Both the position numbers and the translations under genes were made by a program. The notes under the pieces are model-generated. The model did no database searches and was not told the DNA's origin. It saw nothing but the letters and a program-made list of their open reading frames with translations. 64,000 bases of DNA from Methanobacteriota archaeon (lineage in GTDB: Archaea; Thermoplasmatota; Poseidoniia; Poseidoniales; Poseidoniaceae), in the NCBI GenBank assembly GCA_002726495.1, contig PBTH01000005.1, positions 13,243-77,242 of the forward strand, given 5' to 3'. Of the stretch, positions 16,706 through 25,397 are shown in pieces; position 1 is the first letter of the stretch, and each line of letters begins with the position of its first letter.

Positions 16706-18724
16706 ATGGCCGGTGAACCCGAAGGCGATGTGAGTCGCTCAGACCTGTTGGACCCCGTCCAAATAGGCTTCATGTGCGGCTTGGAGGTTCACCAACAATT
16801 GGCTACGGGAAAGCTCCACTCTCGTCAAACCGGAGAATTGTACGATGTTACTGCTGAAACGGTCCCTGATGATTGGCCTCGCTTCGCTCGTAAACTTCGG
16901 GCATCTCGTGGGGAAGGGGGTGCCATAGACATCGCAGCTCGTTTTGAAGCAAAGCGCAATCGTTCCTTCATTTATGCACAATCTCCTAATTCAGGGCTGA
17001 TTGAACTTGACGAGCAACCTCCGGTTGAATTGGACCGAGACGCAGTTGACATCTCTCTAACGGTTGCAGCATTGTTGGGAGCCCATCCAGTTTCAATGAT
17101 ACAAACGATGCGCAAAACCGTCGTTGATGGCTCAAACACAAGTGGATTTCAGAGAACATCGTTGATCTCCACAGGAGGACTGTTGGAAACCAAGGAAGGC
17201 CAAGTGGGCGTAGAGGTCTTGTGTTTAGAAGAGGACAGTGCCCGAAAACTGGATACAATCGATGTTCAAGGTGGTCAACAGGTGTTGTACAATTTGGACC
17301 GATTGGGACTTCCTCTTATCGAGATTGCTACATCCCCTGACGTCCAAACCCCCGAACATGCAAAGTCCACTGCCATTGCCTTGGGGCGTATTTTGCGCCA
17401 AACCCGCCGTGTTCGTCGCGGCCTTGGTAGCATTCGCCAAGACCTAAACGTCTCTATCGGGGCGGGCGACCGGGTTGAAATCAAAGGATGTCAAGATTTG
17501 GATTGGATCCCCCGCATTATCCGATTGGAAATGGCCCGTCAATTGCACTTTTACCGCCTCGCCAACGATTTGAGAGCGAGTTTGGACCTACCAGCGCTTC
17601 CACCTCACAGAAACGACGACGATGTTGAGGTTGAACAGCGTGTTTCTGAACGCGTTGAACAACATTTACCATGGGCCATTCACGATGTCTCGGAGGCGTT
17701 TGCACACTGTGAATCGGCGATGATCAACAAAGGTCTTGAAGCCGGCTCGTCAATGATGGCTCTCCCACTTCCAGGATTGAAAGGAAAACTGGGAACAAAA
17801 ACAGCCGATCACAACGGCGCTCAACTTCCTCGGCTGGGGCGCGAACTCGCCGGGGCGTCAAAACTAGCGGGGGTCAAAGGTATCTTTCACGCCGACGAAC
17901 TTCCTGCCTACGGCATCTCTGAGGATGAAGTTTCCAAAGTCCGAGCCTCATTGGCGCTGAATGATGAGGATGGATTTGTGTTGTGCTGCGCCCCGGTTTG
18001 GCAGGCCGAACTTGCTCTTGAGGCCGCTTTAAGCCGCGCACGTCTTGCTTGGCATCGCATTCCTCAAGAGGTCCGGAATGTGGTTGTCAAGAAAGGTTCT
18101 CCAGAAGACGGTACGACCGCTCCAATGCGCCCCCTTCCTGGTCACTCGAGAATGTACCCTGAAACAGATGTACCTCCTCAACAGGTCATGCCTTCGCACT
18201 GGCAAGAGATATCCGACAATTTGCCGATGTCAGATTCGGAACGTGCCGAGAGACTTCGTGGTTTGGATATCTCAGACGACCAAGCCTCTCAGTTGCTTGC
18301 TCGCGAGTTGGATGATGTGTTTTGGAACCATAAGTCAAACCTTCCCGAAAAAGGGTGGGCGTCCCTGTTGTTGGTTCACGATGAAGAACATCCCATGATG
18401 TTGGTTCACGTTCTTTCACTTCGCGAAGACGGTCTTCTTTCACGTGAAAACATGGACCGTGTGATCGAGGCCCATGCTGGCCAAAATCCAGCAAAAGAGA
18501 CACTTGCTGCTTACTGCGAGGCGCACGAACTTGCCCCTGGCGACGTCAGTGGCCTTGCAGATGTGATCGATAAGATCATTGCCGAACGTCTTGATTTTGT
18601 CAAGGAGCGAGGAATGGGTGCGATGGGCCCTTTGATGGGGATTGTCATGCAAGCAGCAGGAGGCGCAGATGGCAAAGAGGTCAGCGCACTCCTCCGTGCA
18701 GCAATTCAGTCGGTCACGGAGTGA
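16706..18724 (+). CDS. gatE: glutamyl-tRNA(Gln) amidotransferase subunit E
   Basis: N-terminal GFMCGLEVHQQL, LCLEEDSARK, VEIKGCQDL, an AspRS-like insertion and a GatB/YqeY-like tail (GMGAMGPLMGIVM). The length of about 670 aa fits archaeal GatE. Confidence 0.85.
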   Translation: MAGEPEGDVSRSDLLDPVQIGFMCGLEVHQQLATGKLHSRQTGELYDVTAETVPDDWPRFARKLRASRGEGGAIDIAARFEAKRNRSFIYAQSPNSGLIELDEQPPVELDRDAVDISLTVAALLGAHPVSMIQTMRKTVVDGSNTSGFQRTSLISTGGLLETKEGQVGVEVLCLEEDSARKLDTIDVQGGQQVLYNLDRLGLPLIEIATSPDVQTPEHAKSTAIALGRILRQTRRVRRGLGSIRQDLNVSIGAGDRVEIKGCQDLDWIPRIIRLEMARQLHFYRLANDLRASLDLPALPPHRNDDDVEVEQRVSERVEQHLPWAIHDVSEAFAHCESAMINKGLEAGSSMMALPLPGLKGKLGTKTADHNGAQLPRLGRELAGASKLAGVKGIFHADELPAYGISEDEVSKVRASLALNDEDGFVLCCAPVWQAELALEAALSRARLAWHRIPQEVRNVVVKKGSPEDGTTAPMRPLPGHSRMYPETDVPPQQVMPSHWQEISDNLPMSDSERAERLRGLDISDDQASQLLARELDDVFWNHKSNLPEKGWASLLLVHDEEHPMMLVHVLSLREDGLLSRENMDRVIEAHAGQNPAKETLAAYCEAHELAPGDVSGLADVIDKIIAERLDFVKERGMGAMGPLMGIVMQAAGGADGKEVSALLRAAIQSVTE

Positions 18725-18728
18725 TTGC

Positions 18729-20417
18729 ATGATAAGGCGGATGGCCATTATCTGCATGCTTTTTACCCTATGTGCTGCAGCTTTCCCAGTTCAAGCAACA
18801 TCTGAAGACTCTTGGCAACTCGATTGGGAAGTTGACCTTGGCGAAGGTTATATCTCCACGAAACCGGTCATCGCCAATGAAACCGTATTTGTTCGGTCAT
18901 CTGGATTTTGGACTGGAGATGAACGACCCCAAGTCTTTGCGTTTTCTTTGGAGGGGGAGCAACGATGGAATCGAACGAGTGCAACGACCGTTCAACATGA
19001 TATGAGTCCCTTGATACTCATTACAAATGGAACGGGCCCGTGCGGCTCTTGGCCAGAACTCCTTGTCGTGGGCTGGGCTGATGGAACGGTAGAGGCGTTG
19101 AATCCTGAGAATGGGACTTTGGTTTGGAATCAGTCTTCATATGTTCAGGGCTGGGGGATTACGGGAGCTCTTGCAGTTGACGGGGATCACCTTGTCGTTC
19201 CTACACGAAATGGATTGATGCGAATTTGTTTGTCGGACGGCACAATTGACTTTGATGTCGAATTGGACCTTGGTTGGCGAAATGGAGTATTGGTCACTGA
19301 CGGTGGCTTCTACATCGGCGATGAGGCGGGCACATTGTGGCACGTTAACCGCGAAGGCAATGCCTCTTCATTTGCTTCATTAGAAGGCTCAATACGCCAC
19401 CCACCCCTTCTCACGAATGCAGGCATCTTGGTTCATGTCCAACACCCAACCTCAAGTGCTATTTACGCGATTAATCTTTCAAATGAAACACCTATTTTGC
19501 TCCACGAGAGCGGCCCTTCTCCAGCGATTCCTTCCATGAAGGGCGATTATGTTGTGACAGGAGACAGTTCTTTTCTCTCCACCTTTGAATGCCAACAGCA
19601 TTGCACGCTTCGCTCGCAATATTCCACGACTACTAACGGAGAACTTGTTTGGGTAGAAATGAACCGGATTTGGTATTCGGTGAATCTGCCCACTGGCCAT
19701 TGGTCGATGGCGAGCTTAAATCAAACTGGAGCGATTACCAATTCCACCAAATTCTCAACCCCTCATGACGGTTATGGCACCGCCGCTCCTGCCTTTGATG
19801 AACAACGAATGGTTATGGGCAATGATGCTGGGATTTTGATGATGTTCACATTGGGCCAAGAATCGCTTCTTGACTCAGAACCGGTCATCTCAGAACCGTA
19901 CGATTGGACTCCGGCTTTTGGGGCCTTTATTCTCATCTGTTTCTTGTTTGTGGGGGCTTATTCAACCTCGCTACAGCGGATAGATTGGGCATGGAAAATC
20001 GTTGTTTTGACGATGCTCATTTCCATGCTTTTGCTGATGCCGGACCTTTCATCTTCATGGTCTCAGACCGTTTCAGAACAAACGGCGAGTGAGAAATCCG
20101 ACCAGTGGAATAACACATGGCCCGAAGCATGGGCGGGCACGCAGATCGTGGTCATTGAAATCGATGGTGAGCAAGAGACCGTTGGCGGTCTTTTGGGCCA
20201 CGAGACCGCGCTTGATTTGACACTCGCAGCGGCCCAAGAAGCCTCGTGGGAAGTTGAGGTTGAGTCAACGGAACTTGGAACATTCGTGGTTTCAATCAAC
20301 GGTGAAGAAGGCTCAGGATGGGAGTATTTCCTCGATGGAGAACGTGCTGGGCAGTCTTCAGACCTCCAACCCGTTTCAGAATCCACAGTCCTTGAATGGC
20401 GGCTTGTTCGTCGGTAG
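18729..20417 (+). CDS. exported PQQ-like beta-propeller protein with two TM helices and a C-terminal DUF4430-like domain
   Basis: Signal peptide MIRRMAIICMLFTLCAAAFPVQA. BamB/PQQ-like repeats (VFVRSSGFW, GTVEALNPENGTLVWN, GLMRICLSDGT, GTLWHVNREG). TM helices near 19900-20040. The C-terminus GTFVVSINGEEGSGWEYFLDGERAG...VLEWRLV matches the DUF4430 pattern. Confidence 0.65.
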   Translation: MIRRMAIICMLFTLCAAAFPVQATSEDSWQLDWEVDLGEGYISTKPVIANETVFVRSSGFWTGDERPQVFAFSLEGEQRWNRTSATTVQHDMSPLILITNGTGPCGSWPELLVVGWADGTVEALNPENGTLVWNQSSYVQGWGITGALAVDGDHLVVPTRNGLMRICLSDGTIDFDVELDLGWRNGVLVTDGGFYIGDEAGTLWHVNREGNASSFASLEGSIRHPPLLTNAGILVHVQHPTSSAIYAINLSNETPILLHESGPSPAIPSMKGDYVVTGDSSFLSTFECQQHCTLRSQYSTTTNGELVWVEMNRIWYSVNLPTGHWSMASLNQTGAITNSTKFSTPHDGYGTAAPAFDEQRMVMGNDAGILMMFTLGQESLLDSEPVISEPYDWTPAFGAFILICFLFVGAYSTSLQRIDWAWKIVVLTMLISMLLLMPDLSSSWSQTVSEQTASEKSDQWNNTWPEAWAGTQIVVIEIDGEQETVGGLLGHETALDLTLAAAQEASWEVEVESTELGTFVVSINGEEGSGWEYFLDGERAGQSSDLQPVSESTVLEWRLVRR

Positions 20418-20448
20418 GCTCAAGGAGGTACGCCCTTTCGGAGGGTTA

Positions 20449-21108
20449 ATGTTCCAAGCTTTTGGTGTCCACGGGCCCGAACTGACTCCGTTTGCGGACA
20501 TGGTCATCGACCTGCTTCTAGCAGGCATCGCCTTTGCACTTCTCATCAGTGCGCCACGCACTTCAAAGTACGATGTTGCACTTCTTGCAACGTTTGTCGT
20601 TTCTGTAACTGCATTGAGGGTGCTCCTTCAACCCGTTCCAAACGTTCAGCCAGTGACCGTTGCGGCATTGCTTGTCGGCGCTCAACTCGGAGCCCGGAGG
20701 GGTGTTGCCTTTGCCGTGTTGGTCACCCTTCTCTCCAATGCTCTGATCGGAGACGGTTGGTGGACCTTGTTCCAGGCCATTGGCTGGGGTGCAGTAGCAG
20801 TCTTCGGCTCTCTAATCAACTTTGGAACTGTTGAACGATTCCATTCAGGGCGGCTTTATTTGGCCGCTGCAGGTTCTGCGTTCTTATTCGATTTCATCGC
20901 GTCTCTTTCAATCTACACGCCTGGAATGACGCTCGGCGAGTTCGCAGTGTATCTTGCTCACGGTCTGCCGTTCGATGTTCTGCATGCTTTGGGCAATCTT
21001 ACCTTCGCAGTATGGTTTGGACATTTTGTATTCCGTACACTTGAGGCCATAGAATCTCCCGAGCAATTAGAACAAGCGGTGGTAGAAGACAATGTCGTCA
21101 ATGGATGA
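20449..21108 (+). CDS. polytopic membrane protein, possibly an ECF-transporter S-component-like substrate-capture protein
   Basis: ATG 20449 preceded by GGAGG. There are 5-6 hydrophobic helices, and LRVLLQPVPNVQPVTVAALLVGAQLGARRG resembles the helix-1/2 region of S components. Adjacency to a DUF4430 protein is a known pairing in bacteria. Confidence 0.4.
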   Translation: MFQAFGVHGPELTPFADMVIDLLLAGIAFALLISAPRTSKYDVALLATFVVSVTALRVLLQPVPNVQPVTVAALLVGAQLGARRGVAFAVLVTLLSNALIGDGWWTLFQAIGWGAVAVFGSLINFGTVERFHSGRLYLAAAGSAFLFDFIASLSIYTPGMTLGEFAVYLAHGLPFDVLHALGNLTFAVWFGHFVFRTLEAIESPEQLEQAVVEDNVVNG

Positions 21109-21460
21109 GGCCCCTTCAATGGCGCTTATCGTTCGCGCCGACCTTAACCTTTCAGCAGGGAAAACGGCCGTACAATGCGCCCACGCCGCAGTGCAATGCG
21201 CTCTAGAAGCTCGCCGAAAACACGCACGACTCATGGAGCGATGGAGAAGGACGGGGGCCAGAAAAATATGCCTCGTAGCTGAGAATTTAGCGTCCCTTCA
21301 TCGTCTTGCGAGTGAGGCTCAAAACGCCAATTTACCCTATCACTTGGTTCAAGATGCTGGTCATACCGAGGTGGCGCCAGGGACCATCACGGTCCTTGGA
21401 ATCGGGCCAGCGCCACGAAGGTCGCTGGATTTGATTACCGAAGATTTGTCAACACTTTGA
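21092..21460 (+). CDS. pth2: peptidyl-tRNA hydrolase, archaeal PTH2 type (copy 1)
   Basis: LIVRADLNLSAGKTAVQCAHAAV, GARKICLVAENLASL, YHLVQDAGHTEVAPGTITVLGIGPAP and the C-terminal DLITEDLSTL. This covers the full PTH2 domain. Confidence 0.85.
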   Translation: MSSMDEAPSMALIVRADLNLSAGKTAVQCAHAAVQCALEARRKHARLMERWRRTGARKICLVAENLASLHRLASEAQNANLPYHLVQDAGHTEVAPGTITVLGIGPAPRRSLDLITEDLSTL

Positions 21461-21469
21461 GGTGAAGAT

Positions 21470-21886
21470 GTGGGTTTTCGTTCATTCATTCATCATCTAA
21501 CGGCGCCAAGATCCAAGGCGAGGCCTGTTCGGGGCAATGTCAAACTTGTGTGCATTGTCAACCAATCTTTGAAAATGGGAAAAGGAAAGGTCGCTGCCCA
21601 AGTGGGCCATGCTTCGGTTGAATCGTTTCTGCGTACGGGCAGAACACACCCACATTTTTTGGAGGCTTGGCTTTCAAGCGGGCAAAAGAAAATATGTCTA
21701 AAGGCAAAGGACGATGTTGCCTTTGAAGAACTGATTGCTTGCGCTCAAGAAGCCAACATCCCCTTCCACATGGTTCGAGATGCAGGGCATACTCAAATTC
21801 CGAGTGGCTCGAAAACAGTTCTCGCTTTGGGCCCCTATCTTGAGGATGAACTTGACGCCATTACTGGGGAACTGAAGTTATTGTGA
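21470..21886 (+). CDS. pth2: peptidyl-tRNA hydrolase, archaeal PTH2 type (copy 2, divergent tandem paralogue)
   Basis: GTG start. LVCIVNQSLKMGKGKVAAQVGHASV, GQKKICLKAKDDVAF, FHMVRDAGHTQIPSGSKTVLALGP and AITGELKLL are collinear with copy 1. Confidence 0.8.
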   Translation: MGFRSFIHHLTAPRSKARPVRGNVKLVCIVNQSLKMGKGKVAAQVGHASVESFLRTGRTHPHFLEAWLSSGQKKICLKAKDDVAFEELIACAQEANIPFHMVRDAGHTQIPSGSKTVLALGPYLEDELDAITGELKLL

Positions 21887-22977
21887 GCCTCCAAGGCATT
21901 CATGAAGGATGGCGCAGAGCCACCTCCATGCGCGAACATCCATCCGAACGTATTGATTTCCGTTCAGATACAGTAACGCAACCTACCAAGGCCATGAGAG
22001 ATGCAATGATGAGCGCTCCTGTTGGCGACGATGTTCTGGGTGACGACCCTACTGTTATTGCTTTACAAGAGCGTATGGCAACCATGTTTGACAAAGAAGC
22101 AGCCCTTTTCGTTCCATCCGGGACCATGTCAAACGCCATTGCCCTCAGGACCCACACGGTCCCTGGCGATGAGATCGTTTGTGACAAAACAGCTCACATT
22201 TATCGGTATGAGGGCGGCGGATATGCAGCATTATGCGGGGCTTCCATCGCGCTTGTTGACGGTGAAAAAAGCCTCATGACGCCCGAGCAGGTCAAACGGG
22301 CCATCCGCAAAGCCGAAGGTTCTGGAAGCCACTACCCCAATGGCAGTCTTGTATGCGTGGAAAATACAACCAATTTGGGAGGGGGTTCGTGTTACGATCA
22401 AGCAACCTTTGACCAAATTGCAATCCTTGCTAAAGCCAACGATTGTAAAACCCATATTGACGGCGCTCGGATTTTCAACGCTGCGATTGCGACAGGGGTT
22501 GACGTTGCTACCATGTGCAAACATTACGACTCTGTATCCGTGTGCCTTTCAAAGGGATTAGGCGCTCCTGTCGGCTCGGTATTGATTGGGTCTTCATCGT
22601 TTATTGCTCGTGCCCATCGGTGGAGGAAGTTGTTTGGTGGAGGTTGGAGGCAAGCAGGAATGTTAGCAGCTGCCGGCATGCATGCACTTGACCATCATGT
22701 GGAGCGGTTGGCGGAAGACCATCAGCGCGCGACAACGATTGCAAAGGCCCTTGACGGCATGAACGCCTTTTCCGTGGACATGAGTACCGTTCAGACAAAT
22801 ATGGTCTATGTGGAATGCACCAAACCTGCAATCGAGATTGCGTCCGAATTGCAGAAGAATGGAGTTGATGTATTCGATATCTCCCCAACTCACATTCGCA
22901 TTGTGGTTCATCTCCACATCACAGACGATGATGTCAATGCCTTTATCGCTCTCTGCAAGCAACTTTTTGACAGTTGA
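21883..22977 (+). CDS. ltaE: low-specificity L-threonine aldolase
   Basis: IDFRSDTVTQPTKAMRDAM, VGDDVLGDDPTV, VPSGTMSNAIAL and the PLP-lysine region SVCLSKGLGAPVGS. The GTGA overlap with pth2 copy 2 sets the start; ATG 21928 is an alternative. Confidence 0.85.
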   Translation: MSLQGIHEGWRRATSMREHPSERIDFRSDTVTQPTKAMRDAMMSAPVGDDVLGDDPTVIALQERMATMFDKEAALFVPSGTMSNAIALRTHTVPGDEIVCDKTAHIYRYEGGGYAALCGASIALVDGEKSLMTPEQVKRAIRKAEGSGSHYPNGSLVCVENTTNLGGGSCYDQATFDQIAILAKANDCKTHIDGARIFNAAIATGVDVATMCKHYDSVSVCLSKGLGAPVGSVLIGSSSFIARAHRWRKLFGGGWRQAGMLAAAGMHALDHHVERLAEDHQRATTIAKALDGMNAFSVDMSTVQTNMVYVECTKPAIEIASELQKNGVDVFDISPTHIRIVVHLHITDDDVNAFIALCKQLFDS

Positions 22978-23009
22978 GCCTTCATAATAGGTCGGCGTTA
23001 TTTCGTTGT

Positions 23010-25397
23010 ATGGAATTCCATTCATCAAATACGGAATGCAAATTTAATCCTGACTCAAACGAGATCGACATTGTTTGTGATTTATGCCAATCAATGATTG
23101 ACTTTGACCCCAAAACGGGTTGGTCTGCACCGCTCAATACCATTGAGCATGAGCGAGCAATAGCCCTGTTTGGCGGCCCCTCAGTCCCTGCTTCTTCGCG
23201 CTGGAAACGTTTGGCGAGTTCACTCGGAGAAACCGAACACGCGGGCTGGGCCCGACTGAGTTCGGATTGGGATGACCCGATCAAAACCCTCCCTTGCAGC
23301 GAGAGTGAGTTTGAGAGTTTACACCAATCCATCGTTCAAGGTTTTGCACTTACCAGTCAACAGCAGCGCTGGATGGCAAAAGGGATTGAGTTCTTCAATG
23401 GCTCTTTTTTCAGAATAATGGATGGGCGCCAGTATCTTGACGATGTTGAGCTTCCTTCTGTTGTCAGTTTGCGTTCTCTTTTTCCAGTTCTTGCAAGTAA
23501 AGATGTTCGCCGAGGGTGGGATCTTCCAGGCCTCATCGTAGGTCTTTCGTGCACAACTCCAATTTTGAATACCAATGGCGAAGGTGGCAATTTAAACGAC
23601 ATCTTGCGAGGCATAGAAACTGCAGATTCCAATTCACGCGTTATGATGGCGATGCTATCTTGGCTTTCAACCCGTGTCAAGATTGACCGTCTAAATGGCG
23701 ATGAAACCTCACCGCGTTCTGGCTATGTGTCGTGGGCGTACGATGTTCGTAGCGAGGTTCTAAGGCGCGGGGGGAGAATCGATAGAGCTAAACTTTCAGA
23801 AGCATTCTCAAATCATCCAGCTGGGTTGTTTGATTGTTATCAAGTTCCATGGATGCAGGAGTGGGACCGTTCGACAGAACACCACCTCCCCGCAAGGACA
23901 CTTGACTGGCCCCTTAGGGTTTCAGAAAAACACATCTCGTTTCGAGTCCGGAACAAATCGGGCAGAACTCGATTGGTTCAAGTCCCCCGGCAACCGGATC
24001 TTTGGGCGATTCTCATCTCCCTTTCCCTTTCCCCACTTAATTCCGAAGCGGGCAAGACGCTCCTGGGCCTCCAACACAATTGGAATATTGCCTACATCAA
24101 GAAGGACACTCCATCCCAGAACATGATTCGCTCATTGGAATTTTGCCATGAGATTCTAAACGGCCTCAGTGATCGTGTGTTCGTCAAGAATGCGGAGGTC
24201 TTGGTGTTTGGAAAACTGGGACATTGCTATGAGATCAAAGTGACTCATGGCCAACACGGCGCCCCATACCTCATCTCTCATTTCCGTGATTTTGGTCGTG
24301 GACAAAAACATCCGATTTGCATCCATAATGGTCAGTATCATTCCACTGTACCCCTTGGAGACACGCTAGGTTCAGTTATCCTTTCAATGTACAATGATAC
24401 TACGGCAACGCTGAACATCGGCAGTCTCAATGAGGTATTGATTTCCAATCCACCGTTTGGATTCCCTCGCCGCCCTGTAAACGAGGAATGGATCGCAGCC
24501 CTCAATCAAGATGCGCTCAAGGAATTGACATTTCATCAACATCACTGGGTCAGTCATCCTTGGTATGAAGTGCGGCCAAAAACACGCGAAGAGATCCCTG
24601 AAGCTCACCCCGGTCTTCGTGGGTTGCTAGCCCGTCAATTCAGGGGCCAGCAGCGTATTGAGAAACGTGATTATGAGTGGAATAAACGCTTCCAGGAGCA
24701 TTTCGAGGAAACAGGAGAATTTCCTTACGAAGAGGTTGTGTCGCGGTGGGCGAATCAAGTGCCTCCTTACATCAATAATCCACATTCATTCGTTGGAGGG
24801 CGTCCACACCTGCGCGCCCAGCAATACGGCCGGTGGGGCAGAATGGCCATGAGGTACCGCCACATTGCGATGCCCCGTAACAGAGACGATGTCCATGATG
24901 TGGGTGATATGCGTGACGGAGAACGCCGATGGTGCGAAGTTTATGCGCGTGTTTGGGAGGTACTGGTTTCACAACCACTCGGCTCAGATGTACAGATACC
25001 AACCGATTTAGGCGAAGCGCTTGAATTTAGCGATGTTGATTTGCAGGTGACCTTACGCAACACCATTGAGCGCAGATTTGTCACTGCAATCTCTCAATTG
25101 CTCGGATACGTTCGGGACGGCGAACAACAACACTCCGTTGTTTTCATTCGTAGGGACCATCCAAGGCCGAATGCACGCCTTCGCTTGACCGACCTTCTTG
25201 CCGAGACCCAACGGCGTCAAAATGTCAGAGGAGCCCCTCCACGGTGGTGGAATTATGTCGACGCTCGTCGCGCACCGGATGCAGTAGAATGGCATCCGTG
25301 GCAATTCCATGAGGATTTGAGAGACACGCCCCGTCAACAAGCCAGACAGCCGCGTTTGGACGATGACTTCAACGGACTTGGCGAATTGTTCGGTTGA
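23010..25397 (+). CDS. large orphan protein (about 795 aa), no recognised domain; possible N-terminal Cys-pair zinc ribbon
   Basis: Long uninterrupted ORF on the same strand as ltaE. The N-terminus has ECKF...IVCDLCQ, the C-terminal third is rich in Arg and Trp, and the central module is paralogous to 2451-2964. ATG 23010 is preferred over TTG 22974. Confidence 0.6.
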   Translation: MEFHSSNTECKFNPDSNEIDIVCDLCQSMIDFDPKTGWSAPLNTIEHERAIALFGGPSVPASSRWKRLASSLGETEHAGWARLSSDWDDPIKTLPCSESEFESLHQSIVQGFALTSQQQRWMAKGIEFFNGSFFRIMDGRQYLDDVELPSVVSLRSLFPVLASKDVRRGWDLPGLIVGLSCTTPILNTNGEGGNLNDILRGIETADSNSRVMMAMLSWLSTRVKIDRLNGDETSPRSGYVSWAYDVRSEVLRRGGRIDRAKLSEAFSNHPAGLFDCYQVPWMQEWDRSTEHHLPARTLDWPLRVSEKHISFRVRNKSGRTRLVQVPRQPDLWAILISLSLSPLNSEAGKTLLGLQHNWNIAYIKKDTPSQNMIRSLEFCHEILNGLSDRVFVKNAEVLVFGKLGHCYEIKVTHGQHGAPYLISHFRDFGRGQKHPICIHNGQYHSTVPLGDTLGSVILSMYNDTTATLNIGSLNEVLISNPPFGFPRRPVNEEWIAALNQDALKELTFHQHHWVSHPWYEVRPKTREEIPEAHPGLRGLLARQFRGQQRIEKRDYEWNKRFQEHFEETGEFPYEEVVSRWANQVPPYINNPHSFVGGRPHLRAQQYGRWGRMAMRYRHIAMPRNRDDVHDVGDMRDGERRWCEVYARVWEVLVSQPLGSDVQIPTDLGEALEFSDVDLQVTLRNTIERRFVTAISQLLGYVRDGEQQHSVVFIRRDHPRPNARLRLTDLLAETQRRQNVRGAPPRWWNYVDARRAPDAVEWHPWQFHEDLRDTPRQQARQPRLDDDFNGLGELFG

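Noticed and set aside
24447-24458. An NPPF tetrapeptide (LISNPPFGF) in the 795-aa orphan, resembling motif IV of N6-adenine/N4-cytosine DNA methyltransferases
   Set aside because: No SAM-binding motif I (FxGxG or DPxxGSG-like) is found at any compatible distance, and the paralogous protein has NPLA at the aligned position. It is probably coincidental.
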